In this document: positions 23,419-58,393 of the stretch, in pieces
Layout of the letters: the number at the start of each line of letters is the position of its first letter
How positions within the stretch are numbered: the stretch's first letter is position 1
Source of the DNA: Orbicella franksi
Lineage: Eukaryota
Length of the DNA stretch: 64,000 nucleotides
NCBI GenBank assembly: GCA_964199315.1
Contig: OZ116701.1
Location: 4,092,001 to 4,156,000 of the forward strand
Reading direction: 5' to 3'
Notes under the pieces: model-generated
Seen by the model: only the letters and a program-made list of their open reading frames with translations
Database searches by the model: none
Told to the model about the DNA's origin: nothing
Made by a program: the position numbers and the translations under genes

Positions 23419-26400
23419 CAGCTGAGATGTGGCGTAGTATATGACCTAAAGCCAGTTGTAAATGAATTCCTTGCTAGAATCTCACAAAAGTCAATAAATC
23501 GTTTCATTCGCAGCTGAAGACGTCTATTAATATCATTATGTTAGTCATTATTCTCACGACCCATGTTTTGGGATCATCAGAGTGATAATCGTTTTACTTT
23601 ACCAGCGGTTGAGAAGCACAAATGCCATTCTCAAACATCTTAATGTCAAGTGCAGCAAAGCGAAATGACAAGGTCTGTTATTAGCCAAAACATTCACGGA
23701 ATGCCAAATACTAAGACAGATTCTTTTAATACCGGAGTGCTTGCCTTTCAGTGAAGGCTGAAAACAGGAAAAAAGCGAAAACTAAATATGGCCTTTCGTC
23801 TGCCATGGTCCACAACTGAAGGCGTGTCTAGTAATCCATCTATTTTGGCCGACGATGAAGCTTGTTTTAATTCCATATACTCACGTACACATGTGCGCAC
23901 CTCCGGAAATCTGGAAAAAAAAAGATATCTGTATATTTAATTGGCGAAAAGCGTCTTGAATTAAATCAGCTGATCTCTAGTCTCTTTTATCATAACTGCT
24001 ATCGCAAAGGTTGACATATCAACAACAAAAGTTGCTTAATACTACTTAACACTTCTCCATGATTTATGAAAAACCAGGATAACGACATTTCCGTGCCCAT
24101 AAAAATGAAAGTTCCCTTACAAGGGGGGGGGGGGGGGGGCATGGATGGCCACTAACCTTCCAGGTAGCGCCTTCGATTCGTCGCTCGTGCGTACTCTTTG
24201 AGAATTGTACGCTACCGTACGCTCCTAAATCGTGTTCATAATTCTTTTTTCCTCTTGCCATCAAAATGCACACAAACCGAAAACCCCACAAGCGGAGACC
24301 TTTACGGTTTGGAATCTTGTTCAAAAAGACTTAACAACTCAAGTGTCGGGCGAGTCAAAGTGGCACCATACTGACACATTCTCACATCAAGGAGAGTTAA
24401 AGATGACCAGTTATCCCTTTTTTTTTCCAAGATTTGATCTCAATGCAAGAATTTATGACGTTCAATAAATAAATATCACCAATAAATAAATAAATAAATG
24501 AATAAATAAATATCACCAGTATTAAAATATAAATAACAGAAAATAATTACACTGTGCAAACTCCACGAGTACTTATACGAAGTCGCACAGAGATATTTTC
24601 GAGTTAGTGACTTTGGTAGATCAAGAAAACAGGAATCCAAAAAGATAGTAATTCAACTGATGAATACTTCTATTGTCGTTTTTTTCCTGTTGTTTTCATT
24701 TGAAAATAAAACTTTATTTTATAATATATAAATAATAAAAACTTGAAGTCGGCTTTAATATTTTGGCGTTCCTCTTTTAAATTTTCGTTTCGTTTTGAAA
24801 ACTGCAGATAAGCGATTTTATCATCAAATTATTTTTCTGTATAGCGAGGAACAGGCTATCTGCTGGCTTTCCATATAGATATGCTGTGCTGAATCTGTTT
24901 TTTTTGTGTGTGTGTGGCCATTTCTGGCTTTCCAAATCACAAACTGATTTGCTGAGACTGGGTGGAAACGCCTATCGATGAATGCGATTCCAATGCAAGC
25001 GAAAGAGCAGCAGCGTCTAAGTGACACGAACGAGTGAAACGAAATCCATCTCCCTACGGTGACAGCATTGTTGATTAAAAGTCGCCCGGAAGTATGTACT
25101 GTGCCCTGATATTTGCTTGAAGGAACTACTATTTCAACAAGTCTACTACTCGTGTTCACGATTACCCGTTTGAAGGAACCGCGCAGCACTGAGAAATCGC
25201 TCCAACACCGAAGCCTCACTGATGCTGTGTTGGTGGTTTGGACAGGCCTATGCCTCTCGCAAAACAGGAAGCAGAAGAAGGAATCGCTGGCGCTGGTAAT
25301 TGTGAATCGAGACCTTGCCGACGAAGGTCTTGGGAAATTTTCTTTCGATTCTTACTTTAGTACAGGTCGTAATACCTTACCAAATCAAGTGTGACCGCTG
25401 TGAATGGGAAATTTTCTCAAATAAATGGATCACATGAAATAATGTGTTACGTGACATGAGCTAGCTAAGGTTATTCAGTGTTCATCATCGCTATTCTAAA
25501 TCATTGGCAGTGAATCAAGAAAAGATCATTCCTTGTCAAATGAAGACGCGGGGGAGATAAGTTGTCATAGCAACGGCAAAGGTCAGGTTTAATAGGAGGC
25601 CAAAGTGTCCGCAGTCAGCATTCATAAATCAAATTCCTCCCTGGAATCTCACAAAGAGGAAAAATTGTTTCATTTGCAGCTGAAGACATGTCCTATTATC
25701 ATCGTGTAAGTCATTATTCTCAAGATCCATATTTTAGTGTCATCTTCAGGGTGATAATCGTTCAACTTGACCAGCGGTTATCAAGCATGAGTGCCATTAT
25801 CTTGATGTCAAGTGCAGCAAAGCGCGTGCAATAATTATGTGGTTCCCAAAAAATTTACGGAATGCGACAAGATAAAACCGGTTCAGTTTAAAACCGCTGT
25901 TGTTGCTCTTTTTAGGGAAATGATTCATAAACGCCAGCAAAAAGAAAAAAAAAAAAAAAACGAATACGAGGTACCGACATATCGTTTTCCGAAACCGATT
26001 GAAGACGTATCGAATTATCCTGATAATCTCATCCATATTCTGGGCAATGATGAAGCACGTTAATTGGCAGCCAACGGATGTCGAGTCTGTTTATTCCATG
26101 TTTTTTTTTTGTCTTTTTAAAAAGCTATTTATAGTTCTTTTTGTTCCTCGTGCCTTAAAAAGAAACTGAAATGACATCGAGAGAACCTTTTAATTTGGTT
26201 TTGTGTTTAATTATTCATGTAGATATTACTTAGACGGGTCAAAAATGGCGCCATATAATGTCTACGTGATGACCATTTCATCCTGATGGGTCTTTTTTTT
26301 TCGATAATTTGTTTTCGATGCAAGAATTTGTAACCAGGAGAAACAAAATACAGTCCAAGCCCTATTAAGCGGCAACCTGTTAAACGGCCACCCCTATTAG

Positions 26401-26756
26401 GCGGCCAGTAATCAAAGTCCCGATGAGGGCTTCTTTATTGTTTTTACATATATTAAACGGCCAACCCCTTTTAAGCGGCCGCTATCCATTTCCCCGAGGG
26501 TGTTCGTTTATTAATTAGGGATTGAGCTGCACTAAAAATGTCAAAGATCAATATTAAAATATTTTAAAATAATGGAAACTAAATAAACTTTGCAAACACC
26601 GCGATTTTCCTAGTTTTTGTTATTTTCTTGTCTTTTTTTAGTGCTTTTTTTTTATCTCGTGGCTTAAAAAAACTGAAAAGTCTGCGAGAGAACCTTTCCA
26701 GTTTGGTTTTAATTTTGTTTTCAATTATCCATCTACAGTAAGACCGCGGTACTTAA

Positions 26757-28511
26757 GGTTACAGTATACCTTCAGGGGTGTCTCGCGCGCAAGCGATGTA
26801 GCGCGTGCAGTTTAAGCTGTAGATACCTAAACCCCTATATCAAATTAAAGCTTATGGAGCTGGCTATCAAACTTTAGTATATTCTCAGCTCCGACTATTG
26901 CATTTCTAGCTCTCTGATTGGCTCAAAAACTCCGACTATGAGCCATTAGTCGGAGTTTTACCTTATATGGAAAACAGTGCGCCAAGTTTAAAAATTTTCC
27001 GCTCTGTAAAATTGTTGAAATAAAAATCGGCGGCAAAAACCCGATTAAGAATATACTAAAACAATTATTCCATTCGACCTTGTTGGATATGAAGTGATCA
27101 TAACCAACTCGCGCTACGCGCTCGTTGGTTATTTATCACTTCATATCCAACGCGGTTTCATGGAATAATTGTTAAATACCAAGAATTTTGAAAGAAAATG
27201 AATTGTCGAATTTTTCACGACCACTAAATGCGCGCGCCCGAATCACCTTTCGAAAGCTACAAGTCAAAGCGAATTTCGTTTTTCGCCAATTTAATTTTTT
27301 CCTCGGTTTCAGGGCCCAAAGCGCTTAAAAAACGTGTCTGCGTTTTGGCATATTCAATTGCAGTAAAAAGTTACAGAACATTTTCGAAATAGGATTAAAA
27401 AAATGTGGAGTGATCGTACAAAAATCGCTCTCGAAGAAAAAGTATCTCGAAATTAACAATTCCCAGACACGCTTTTGTAGTTTATATGTTAAACTAGCCA
27501 CTGTCCAAATTTAAGAGCAATTGAACAAAATCCCTTTGAGTTATAGCTCTTTAAAGTGTCTACTTCAAGTGAAAAAATTTATTCGAGAAAACAGCGCTAA
27601 GAAAAATTTTATGCTTCGCAAACAAACTCCGCCCACAAACGCCTTCAACTGGGTTCTCAGATAACTAAGCCAATCAGTGCAGGGAACTCCTGGTGAAATT
27701 TACGCGCGAATCGCTAAAACCTTCTTATGTTTAGCAATGCGCTCAAGGAACCGAAGGCAGAGAGATAATTTTTCTGTAGCTCGGTTTTTCTTGAAGCTGG
27801 TCTGGCAAAATGGGGAAGACTAAAAAGGATACGAACGCTAGAGTGGCTGAGCGAAGGAAACAAACAAAAGAAAGCGCAGAGAGCAACTGTGTGTGGACAA
27901 CTGTGCATGGATAATATTTCAAATGGTCTCAATGAGTCCGACGATTCGTCGATATCGGGCTCATCAGAAGAGTCTCTGTCAGCATCCCTGTTATTGCTGT
28001 CAAGTTCCGAAATTTTTACAGAACCTTTCTTTTCTCTTACCACGAATATTTGCCCGCCTTATACGATAACTATAGCTTCGTCCGCGTGGCGAACTTTCGC
28101 TTCTTCACTCATTGATGTATTTTCATTCGTTCTTCGCTGTTTTCGCTTTTTCGAACTGGTCCATGGTTTAAACGTGGTCTATGTTTACTTATAACTTAAT
28201 AGAGACACGCCTAATACCAAAAATGCTGGGTAGTCAGAACAACAATGCTGATCAACTGAGTAGTCAATTCGTGACATCCATATAGGTAATTCCCGCGAAA
28301 ATCGTCTCGGTTGATTGCATACGCGCCATAGGGCTGTCAATCAAGAGGTAAACTTTTACTTCCGGTGAAAACATAAAACCGCCATTTCTCCGCCAATATT
28401 TAGCCTTTTTCAATTTTTTTTTTCAGAAATTAGAGATTATTCTTCGACCACTATTTTGACCCAAAAATCCAAATTTGAAAAAAATTGCCGACCCGAAGGT
28501 ATACTGTAACC
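26757..28511. mobile_element. 1755-bp non-autonomous TIR transposon with TTAA TSD and GG...CC ends (Kolobok-like), containing a nested hairpin-ended repeat
   Basis: ttaa|ggttacagtataccttc (26753-26773) and gaaggtatactgtaacc|ttaa (28495-28515): perfect 17-bp TIR. Nested ~115-bp hairpin at 27061-27175. No intact transposase ORF. Confidence 0.85.
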
Positions 28512-30044
28512 TTAATAAAAAGACTGGTCAAAGTGGCGCCATGATGTCCACTTGGTGACCATTAAATCCTGATGTTTTCTTCGATAATTTGCTCTTGATT
28601 CAAGAATTTGTAACCAGGAGAAACAAAATATTGAAAATAGGAAATATAAATATTAAAATATTAATTAATAAAAGAAACTAAATAAACTGTGCAAACACCG
28701 CGATTTTCTAAATTATCATCGCGAAGTCTTGGGAGATATTTGTGGGTTAGTGACTGTGGTGGAATAAATTATCAAAAATATACACAATGTGCTGTAATCA
28801 AGTGATAAAAAAAGTTATTGTTTGATTTCATTATTTAAAAAAAATTCTTTTTAAATGTATATGTATATAGGTAGGAAATAATAGTTTTCTTCCTTAGCGC
28901 ATCCACTTACCGTTACATTGTGAAAATTAGATAAGATTTTTTTACTTCTGGGTGGTCCCTGGTACATTTGAGGTCTTTGCAGTCCGGCAGACAGTTGGCT
29001 GGTGTGCAAGGATTTACCGGATAATGTCTACTCAAAAGGATTTAAGTAACTTTAAATTGAGAAGGAAGTACCGAACAACTGCTTGAAAGATCAAAATCAT
29101 TGCGTTGATTTACGGTGAATTTGTATGAAATCTGCTAATGATATAGAAAAGCCTCGCTTTAAAACCCTCATTTATTGATGGAAAAGAGAAATTAAATTCT
29201 AACTGCAAACATTTTGTTTTTAGTTAAACAAAGGGATTCAACAGTGCCGGTCGATCTTTCCCCGGGTCAGTTCACTTTCGAGAGTTTTCGACAGCACCTT
29301 GCATGAAAATGGCACTTAATTGGCGGAAATGGCTTTTACCGAAGTTATCAAATGGCTGCCTTTCACAAGGTCGCGATCACGTACACTCAAGTGAGTGTCT
29401 GATCCAAATTATTCGAAGCCGTAAGCACAATGCCGCCTCTGCGGAACAACCTAACACCTTGGATATTCTTTGGTATATACGCCCACAAAACCGGAAGTAA
29501 CGCTATAACCGAAGTCACCGGTTTGCAATTTGGCGTCTGTAAACAGTCGTGTTCGTGTTCGTAAAAGTTCGTGACTTGACCAACCTACAGTTTTGTGGGT
29601 TTTTTAACTTCTAATTTTTGATTTTTTGGTCTATTGTAGCGGTATTTATAGGTGCAGCTCTTTCTTTTGTCTCAAAAGAATGCCTTCGTTTGTTATGGAA
29701 GGTTGTTAAAAGATTAAGACATTTTGTAATGTGTCACGCCGAAGATGATACGATGACATCACAGTCCGACTGGAGCTGGGTCAAGAAGTCAGCACACTTT
29801 TGGATGTTGTATTCGGAACTGATAAAGCGCGATGTGAAGCGTGGTATAGTTCCGTTTGTCCATCATTTTGACGTGCAAACAAAATGCTTAACATTCTCAT
29901 CATTGAAAGAGGATTTAAAACGGACTTGGAAAAAGGAAGGTTTAGTCATTAGTGCAAGTTTATGGTAAAAGAGAACGATCGCGCCCAGGAAAATTTACTA
30001 AATGTTGTCCGACCACCATTTCTGGTTTTGAATCTTTGCGAAGG

Positions 30045-51079
<21,035 letters not shown>

Positions 51080-54000
51080 CGTCACCGTTTAACTTGTTGA
51101 GAAGTCGGTTGTTAATTGGGTTCTGTATCTATTTGTAAAGAGGAGCTAGCCTGATTAATTGGGAGGTAAATTGAGACAGCCAAGCGGCGCCGCCTATCCC
51201 AGAATGGAACTTAAAGCCAGCTGGAAAAAGAAACTTGTCAAAGGGGGAAAAAGACATTGTCAAGCCAAAGGTTGTTGTGTTTTTTCGTCTTGAAACCGTT
51301 ACTGCTGGATGGAGCCGGATTTTTTTAAAGGAGGCAATTGAAATATTAACCTTGTGAATTATTTACGAATATTACAACATACCGTGGAGAATTACTTCTC
51401 CCTGTTCGCCAAATTATTGAGTGTGATCAAACAATATTATCGCAGATTATGTACAAAATATGTTAGGAAAAGGCAGTTAAGTTGTCTTTCACGGACCATA
51501 GTAAATTAAGTCTTGGAGCCAAGCTCAGTGTACAAAGCTGTTACATATGTTAGATTGACAGGTAAAGCTTACATATATTATTGAAAATGAAAGCAGTAGT
51601 TAGGCATTAATAAACCGATATCTTTTATTCTTCTACGAACGGGCGTGTATTTCGCCTGTGGCTTAGCAATCTAAACCAACCGATGATCATTAACACAAAC
51701 TCAAAAAATGTAGTTTTCGCAGAAACGCTGATATCAAAAGTTGCTAAATATTTAGAAAGATAGCACGTTCGTGTTTGTGGAAAACAGAAATTCGAATTTA
51801 GCATGATTCAAAATAAGTATGATTATAAGTTGATGCCCGTTTTTCAAACTGAAGAACGTTTTTCAAAACTGAGATCAATCTTGGTACAGAGAAATGGTTG
51901 ACTTATTCTCAGTACATAAGAAAGTTGATCCATAGAAATAAAACTTCATTTCGAAGCAAGTCAAGTTGTTAATATAAGCGTGGTTTTATTGATCAAACAC
52001 CAATAAAATGTTCCTTGTTGTCGTGTGATGTTGGCTTTGTGGACTTCCCGTGCAAACAGAGTTGGTCTGTAAACGACAAGCTAAGGGGTGACAGAGGTTT
52101 TTATGATAGATTTCAGGGAAGTCCAAATCCAGTTCTAGGCGCCTCAGTAAAGAGTAAGCGTAGTGGGAACGTCCTTAATATTACCAAGTCTTATACACTG
52201 GAGCCGAACTACCTTTGTGTCTGGGTGAATCACCACGGAGTAAGCCTGACTTGCTAGCTTACGGCTTCAATAATGACAGTACCATTTGAAAGGTTAATGC
52301 TCTAATTTGGTTACCGCCAGTTCCATGCGTAGCCACACAAAGGCTGTCCCTTGGGAACAGAAGAAATCTCAGTCCAAGATTCCGCACTTTTTCGGTCCGG
52401 AGGTTACACTCGCACTTGTAATGAGAGCGCTTGTTGGACGCGTTTCTTGGCATGCGCGAAGCAGCCTTGCTAACTGAAGTACACTCATCGGGCATGTGGC
52501 ACACTGTATCACACTGAATATGACAATATAATGATGCGTGGCTTTGCTCGAGGTTTCCGAAGAAACTTACTCAGTTGCTGATAAGACGCCCAGCTTCTAA
52601 CTCCAAGGCCGTAGTCAAGGGTATTTGCTAACGAAGAAAATGCTTTTGCTGTTGCACGTAATAAAAGAGAATATCAGGGAGATTAACTTCCCCGGACGGC
52701 CCAGTTCGTTGTAAGTAGACGTTCAGGCAGACGTGTGGCGGGGTTTATTTTAAATCTTAAGTCTTAGATTAACCTGCGAGATTGATTAATGTTCAATTCC
52801 TTCTACAGACAAAGTCCCACACAAAAACAACAAAAACATAATAAATTTGGAGGAAGAGAAGCTCCCGAAACTTTAGTCACCCCCCAAAATTTTCCTTTAG
52901 TTTGTGAGCAATGCTAGCTTTCATCTTGAAAATGGGGGTGGGGATTTAATAGAGAAGAGGGTTTACATAATTAGAGAGACGGTCGAACCCTCACTAAAAT
53001 TCTTACCGAGGCAATATCAGAAAAAAAGTCTTCTTTTAAATTCACTTGTTTGTTTGAGCATAGCCTCAGTACGGCAACTTGAAATTAAAAAAAATAATAA
53101 TAAATTCCAAATTTCTACCTAGGCAAGTGCCTCCGTGAGCCTGTTACTGTTTTGAGGTGGTTGATCAGTTTAGACGATGCGTTCTCTGACAAAAACATCA
53201 CAAAGGCACCTGCGCTTGCATTTCCAAGGATACCATTGACCCAAAAAAATATTAAAATCAATTTAAATATCTCCTGTTCAATTACGCGGCTCGCTGGCGT
53301 TGCCAATAACCTGCAATAACAATAAAAACTACTGTGTTCGAATAGCGACTTTCTGCACAATAGTCAGACAGCCAGCGGGCAAATTGTCATTACTTTATTT
53401 CAAAACAATTGAGTAAACTTTGCAGTGAAGCTCGTGAATGGAAGACGTTTGATCAAGTCGTCAAGTATTTGATTTATGGCCTTTTTGCGCGAGCTTTTAA
53501 TATATTTCGTGTAGAAAATTATTAAATACAAAATAAACAATGCGAAATTTTAATGTCCAAACATAAATTTAATTTTTATGCAGTCAGCGGCCTGTATTAT
53601 GCAGTTCTAGAACTGCATAATAAGCTTAACGCAAATGCATAGTAATCAAAGTTATTGAGTTTATTTTCGTGTGATTCTTAAAATATTGTTTTTTAATTTG
53701 CTTCTTGGATATTGTTCCATTTTAGCGAATGACTTTGTTATTGGCGGCTCGCTTAGATCAGCAAACAATGAATTTTTTATTACGGAGATCCCAGCATTGT
53801 TTGGCAAAATAATCATATGTGTAAGTAATTCCTCACGAGTGATTTCCATTGGCTTTCATTGTCACATCTCCAATTAGCTGCTGCTAATGAAATGCACTAG
53901 ACTTCAGAATTACACATGGTCGCGTACGACTTTCGAAAAGTGAATGGTTTTCTGCCCGAAATCTGATAAATATTTGCATCAAATCAAGGGTGCTTCTTTA

Positions 54001-56020
54001 TATTGATAAGGTGGGTCGGTTTTACTATATCACTTCTTTAGTAAGGAGTTGTAAAACAAAAACGTTTTAGACACTCATTTCTCCAACAAGTGTGTGCTAA
54101 CAAAGCTGGATTTTGTATAAATTCAAATTATGACTTTTCGTACGTCTAACACAAATGATGTGATGATCCCGGAGAGATGGAGTAATTTGTAGAAGGGCTA
54201 TTTAAGGAAGCTCTTTTTTATTTGAAAATGATCCGTTTTACTACAATTGTTTTTCGCTTTCGCTAGAATGATCATTGCATAAGTCGCAAAGCTGTAAATT
54301 TGGGCAATTGAAGCGAGTACAACCCTATCTGTATGACTCGAAGGAAATCACTGAGTTTATTTTGTTTATTGGTTGAAATAGTGAGAGAAGAATTTCTCAA
54401 GATAAACTGTAGCTTTTCGTTTGTAAGTTGAAATATTGCTAATGTAAACTATGACGAATATTTAGTAGTTTATTAAATGTATGTGTCAAATGTAACAAGA
54501 ATCAATTTTTGACAAACGTGGCATTTCGCAAGAGCATAGTTCATGAATTAAGGAAGCACACATCAGTTTGCACGTTGGCAACACTTGATTGTTTGCATTT
54601 ATTCCTCTTTATATTTACCTGATAACTCCAGTTCACTCTGTACCGTGATCGTACCACGATATCTCAATAATTTGACATTTAAAGAACATTTCGCCGCTCT
54701 TTTAACTTATTCCATCGGTGACTATCCTTTGGTTAAATTTATCCTTCATTTTCAGACGAAATTTGAAGTCTTCAAATCGGTAAACTTCCTCGGACTATCT
54801 GTACGTAATCGCCTTTCTATTTTTTAGTACATGCGGGAAAAAATCGCCATAATATACTCTTTTGATCTTTAACAAAAAATGAATCCGAATTCCATCCGGC
54901 AATCAGGTGTAGAATTTTGCGATGTATTCGGTAACACGGACAGAAGATAGTTATTCAGCTGTGTGTTATTTTTCTTGAAAAAATGCAGTCTGTTTCCTCT
55001 GCAAGGTGGATGTAATTTATGAAACAGTTACGTTTTGCAAGACACCGAAACCATGTTATGTCTGGTCAAATTCAAATAAAAGAATATTATTTCTACGATT
55101 TCTAATTTCGAAATGTGAAAGTTTTTAATGACCTAATTATGTGGCACGTCGAGAAGCATTAAACATGGAGCGAAAAAGATCAATGCTCACATGAGTTTCA
55201 TTTTAATAAAAGATGCGTGCTTACAACAGTGTATAAAATATTAAGGATGTACGATCTTAAAACGGGTAAAACATCGCTAAGGGACAATTATTATGCAAGG
55301 CACTGTGTATCCGGAATCCGACACTTCCGATTGGCTCGTTTTGACAAACAGCGACAGGTGTGTTGACAAGCTCTTGACACTGAAAACAATAGAAAAGCCC
55401 GCTCAGTGCTGGGAAAGCCAATCAAATGACGATTTGTGACAAGGGTGGTGGTGCGAGTTTGTGTGAAACAGAGCATAGAGTTCCTTTGAGACATCTGCCG
55501 CGGCTTGGGCGAAAACATCCAGATTAGTTCCTCTTTATCTTCATTGAAGGTCTTTCAGCTTTGATATTTTTTTACAACTGATGATGCTTGGTAATTTGTG
55601 AAGCGTAGAAAGCTATAATGGGCTGGAATAATGGCACGCTAGAGCAACTTTCATTTTTAATGATTTTGATGGTTTTGATTAGTGTTTTGAGGACAACAAA
55701 GTGGAAAGGATGTGTAGCTTCATCATTTTAATAGTAACCGGGGAAGTTTGTTCATACAACTGCGGAATCTCTTAGCCTATTTACTCTCGTATTTGTTAGT
55801 GTAGGTATGTTTGTGATGCGGCACCGATAAACCAATTTGAGAACACGGTGTCAATATTTTTCCTTCGCCTTTTGCCGTCGGTGACAATGACAGCGCGAGT
55901 TACAAATTTTTTAACTTTTCATGAAAGCCGCGTCAAGATCGTGTGGTACCATGCCTATATTTACCTTTAACTAATAAAAATTCTTTTTCCCCATTATAGG
56001 TGTGATTTAGGCGATGTGGA

Positions 56021-56998
56021 ATGACCCTTGTAATTCCTATGACAAGTTTGTGGTCGTTTACGATGGAAGATCAGTGTTTGGACGAAGACGAAACACTGCT
56101 GTCAGACGAGTGGGAAACACAATCCGAAGAACTTAATTTTCTTTGTAATAACCCGGGGGAGGAAGGTAAGTCAATTCTAAGACATCTAATTGAATTCCCC
56201 TTTTCTTTTCAATCTTATAACAACACCTTATTATGTATGAAAAGTGCAGCCAAAGGCCCAGTGCATATATTCATCCCTAATTCGTATGCAGCGATCAACC
56301 CTGACTGATTGTTTGAATTAAGCACGATTCTTTTGTCTCCGCTTGTTTAATTTTGCAAAGCTAGGCCTTGAAAAGGTCTCGGTCTATTTAAAAAGCACTT
56401 ACTGATTGTGCCCTGACCTATTTACTTATTCATCTCCCGTTTCACAGATATATATCGGATCAAAGAAAGAGGAATCAAACGAAAAGAGTCAAGCAATGTT
56501 GTCGTTGGAAGCGAAAGCACCGCTGTTTCACTTGTTGATCAACGGCGCTTTATGTTACAGGTCACGTTTGAAAAGTTACGTCGATTAGAAGATCCCGAGG
56601 CCTGTCTTAGACGTACAGTTTTGATAAACAATACTCTGAAAATGCTTCACAAGCAAATTTACGCGGAGGAAAACCCTTTTGTTTGTAGCGGAGTTGTGAC
56701 TTTACACCCGCCCGAGGCTACTTGCACCAAAGATGAATCTTCCCCGTCAAATCCCAAAATGATACGATTAAGTTTTGACAGCAGCGTCACAGAAGACTCA
56801 CGGACAAAACGTCTCGAAAATACGACTTCTGTAGCACCTGGTGAAGACTTCTGTAGCAGTTGTATTTCCGAAGGATTCACGGACGATGTGGATGATGATG
56901 TGTTTGAACCGGCGGAGCAAATTTCCTGCGATCGAGAATCGATATTTGGTGAACTCGACAATGTATTTCATAGTTATATATGTGCCCTGGAAACGTGA
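56021..56998 (+). CDS. SERTA-domain protein A; join(56021 or 56063..56165, 56448..56998), 231 or 217 aa
   Basis: Donor gaag|gtaagt at 56166 (phase 1) matches acceptor ttcacag at 56447. The spliced frame reads DIYRIKERGIKRK...DQRRFMLQVTFEKLRRLEDPEACLRRTVLINNTLKML (SERTA motif), with C-terminus FGELDNVFHSYICALET. An upstream acceptor at 55999 implies a further 5' UTR exon. Confidence 0.82.
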
Positions 56999-58393
56999 GT
57001 TGGAACATTTTTAAAGGCTGTTTTCAATTGCAAATGTTTGTACTTTTGTTTATCGTACCTTGGATTTTATTTAAATTTATAGATCCCCAAGGTCAACATA
57101 TATTTATATATTATTGTACATACATGGCAGATTACAATGACCAAGTAGATATGGTGATCGCTGATGGAGAGATATTTTATGTGTAAGATTGCAAATTAAC
57201 TTAATATTGCTTTATTAACTTATTGAGATCAAAGCTAGAGATCATATTTGTGCTTCATGTTTGTACAAAAATTCCTTGTTATCAGCAAACTTCGGTTCTT
57301 GCACTTGTTAATAAGAATTTGTTATTATTTTTTCCGGGAGCGCGGCGGCAATATCCATACCGAGACAAAGACTATTGAGGTCGGGTATTTATCTTTCATC
57401 CGAAGGTTCGTCAATGTTTTTCTATCTTTGTGATAAACAAATAACGTAGTGAGTGTTTTCAAATCAGTGCGTCTAAAATCTTAGCTGTAACCTTATGTCG
57501 TGGACATATTCAGCAAGCTTCGCGTTGATGTGTCTTTGAAGTTATACTTTTTGGATATTGAAGAAACGCGTATTTGAAGATATAAAATCTCAGACTTGCC
57601 AACATCAAAACGGCTTTATTTTGTAATCCTTTTACTACCACTAGCAGGCTACAATTTTTGAGTCAATGCCATGAAATGGCTGTTTGATTTCTTTTAAATG
57701 TATACTTTTGACAAAAAAGAGCAGTTTTGCAAAAAGTCTTCAAGAATACAACTGCAATACGTAGTAAATATTATTGCTAAATTAGATTAGACTCTGGTTG
57801 TCCCTGTAATCCCTAACTAAGGAATTTATATAAAAAAAAGCGTAGAGGGGTCAACTGCCATTGGTTTGGGACGTTAAGACAATAGTTTTAGCTCTCGTGG
57901 TATTCTAAGCATTCAACAGTTCCTGTGAAATGAACAAGTGCTTAAACACAGGTTGACAAAGGTGAGAAAATTGTGCCTAGTTGTCTCTAAAATACTTAAG
58001 TGCAGTGTTCAAGCTTTTTTTTATCTGGTCAGACTTAAAATCTGGAATATACTGCAAGAAATCTTAAATCCTTTCGTGGCAGTTTTGAGTAACAATAATA
58101 CTGTTAATTATTATTATCTTGAGGCTAACTTTTCAACATACTGACCTATTGACTAGTGACATGTCACATTTTTATCAGCCAAAACAAGTTTTAACCAGCT
58201 AGGTTTTCTACTAGATTCTTTTTTTTTTTTTTTTTTTGACAAAGTGTTTTTTGCATGCCTCGCTACAGCTCACCAGATTCTAAAAGCTGTTGGCATTTTG
58301 GAGAGGTTAATTAATGAAATAGATATAGGAAATATCTACCTTTTGATGTCATTCCCACTTTAAGCTTTGCACAGGCACGTTTTTTGAGGTTGA

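Noticed and set aside
24122-24139. Poly-G/poly-C runs (also 15083, 39208, 40210, 47934, 49656) as G-quadruplex elements
   Set aside because: They coincide with termini or internal tracts of common repeats and are error-prone homopolymers.
27714-28194. ORFs inside the TTAA element as a transposase
   Set aside because: Short, low-complexity and interrupted by stops; no DDE or THAP motif seen.
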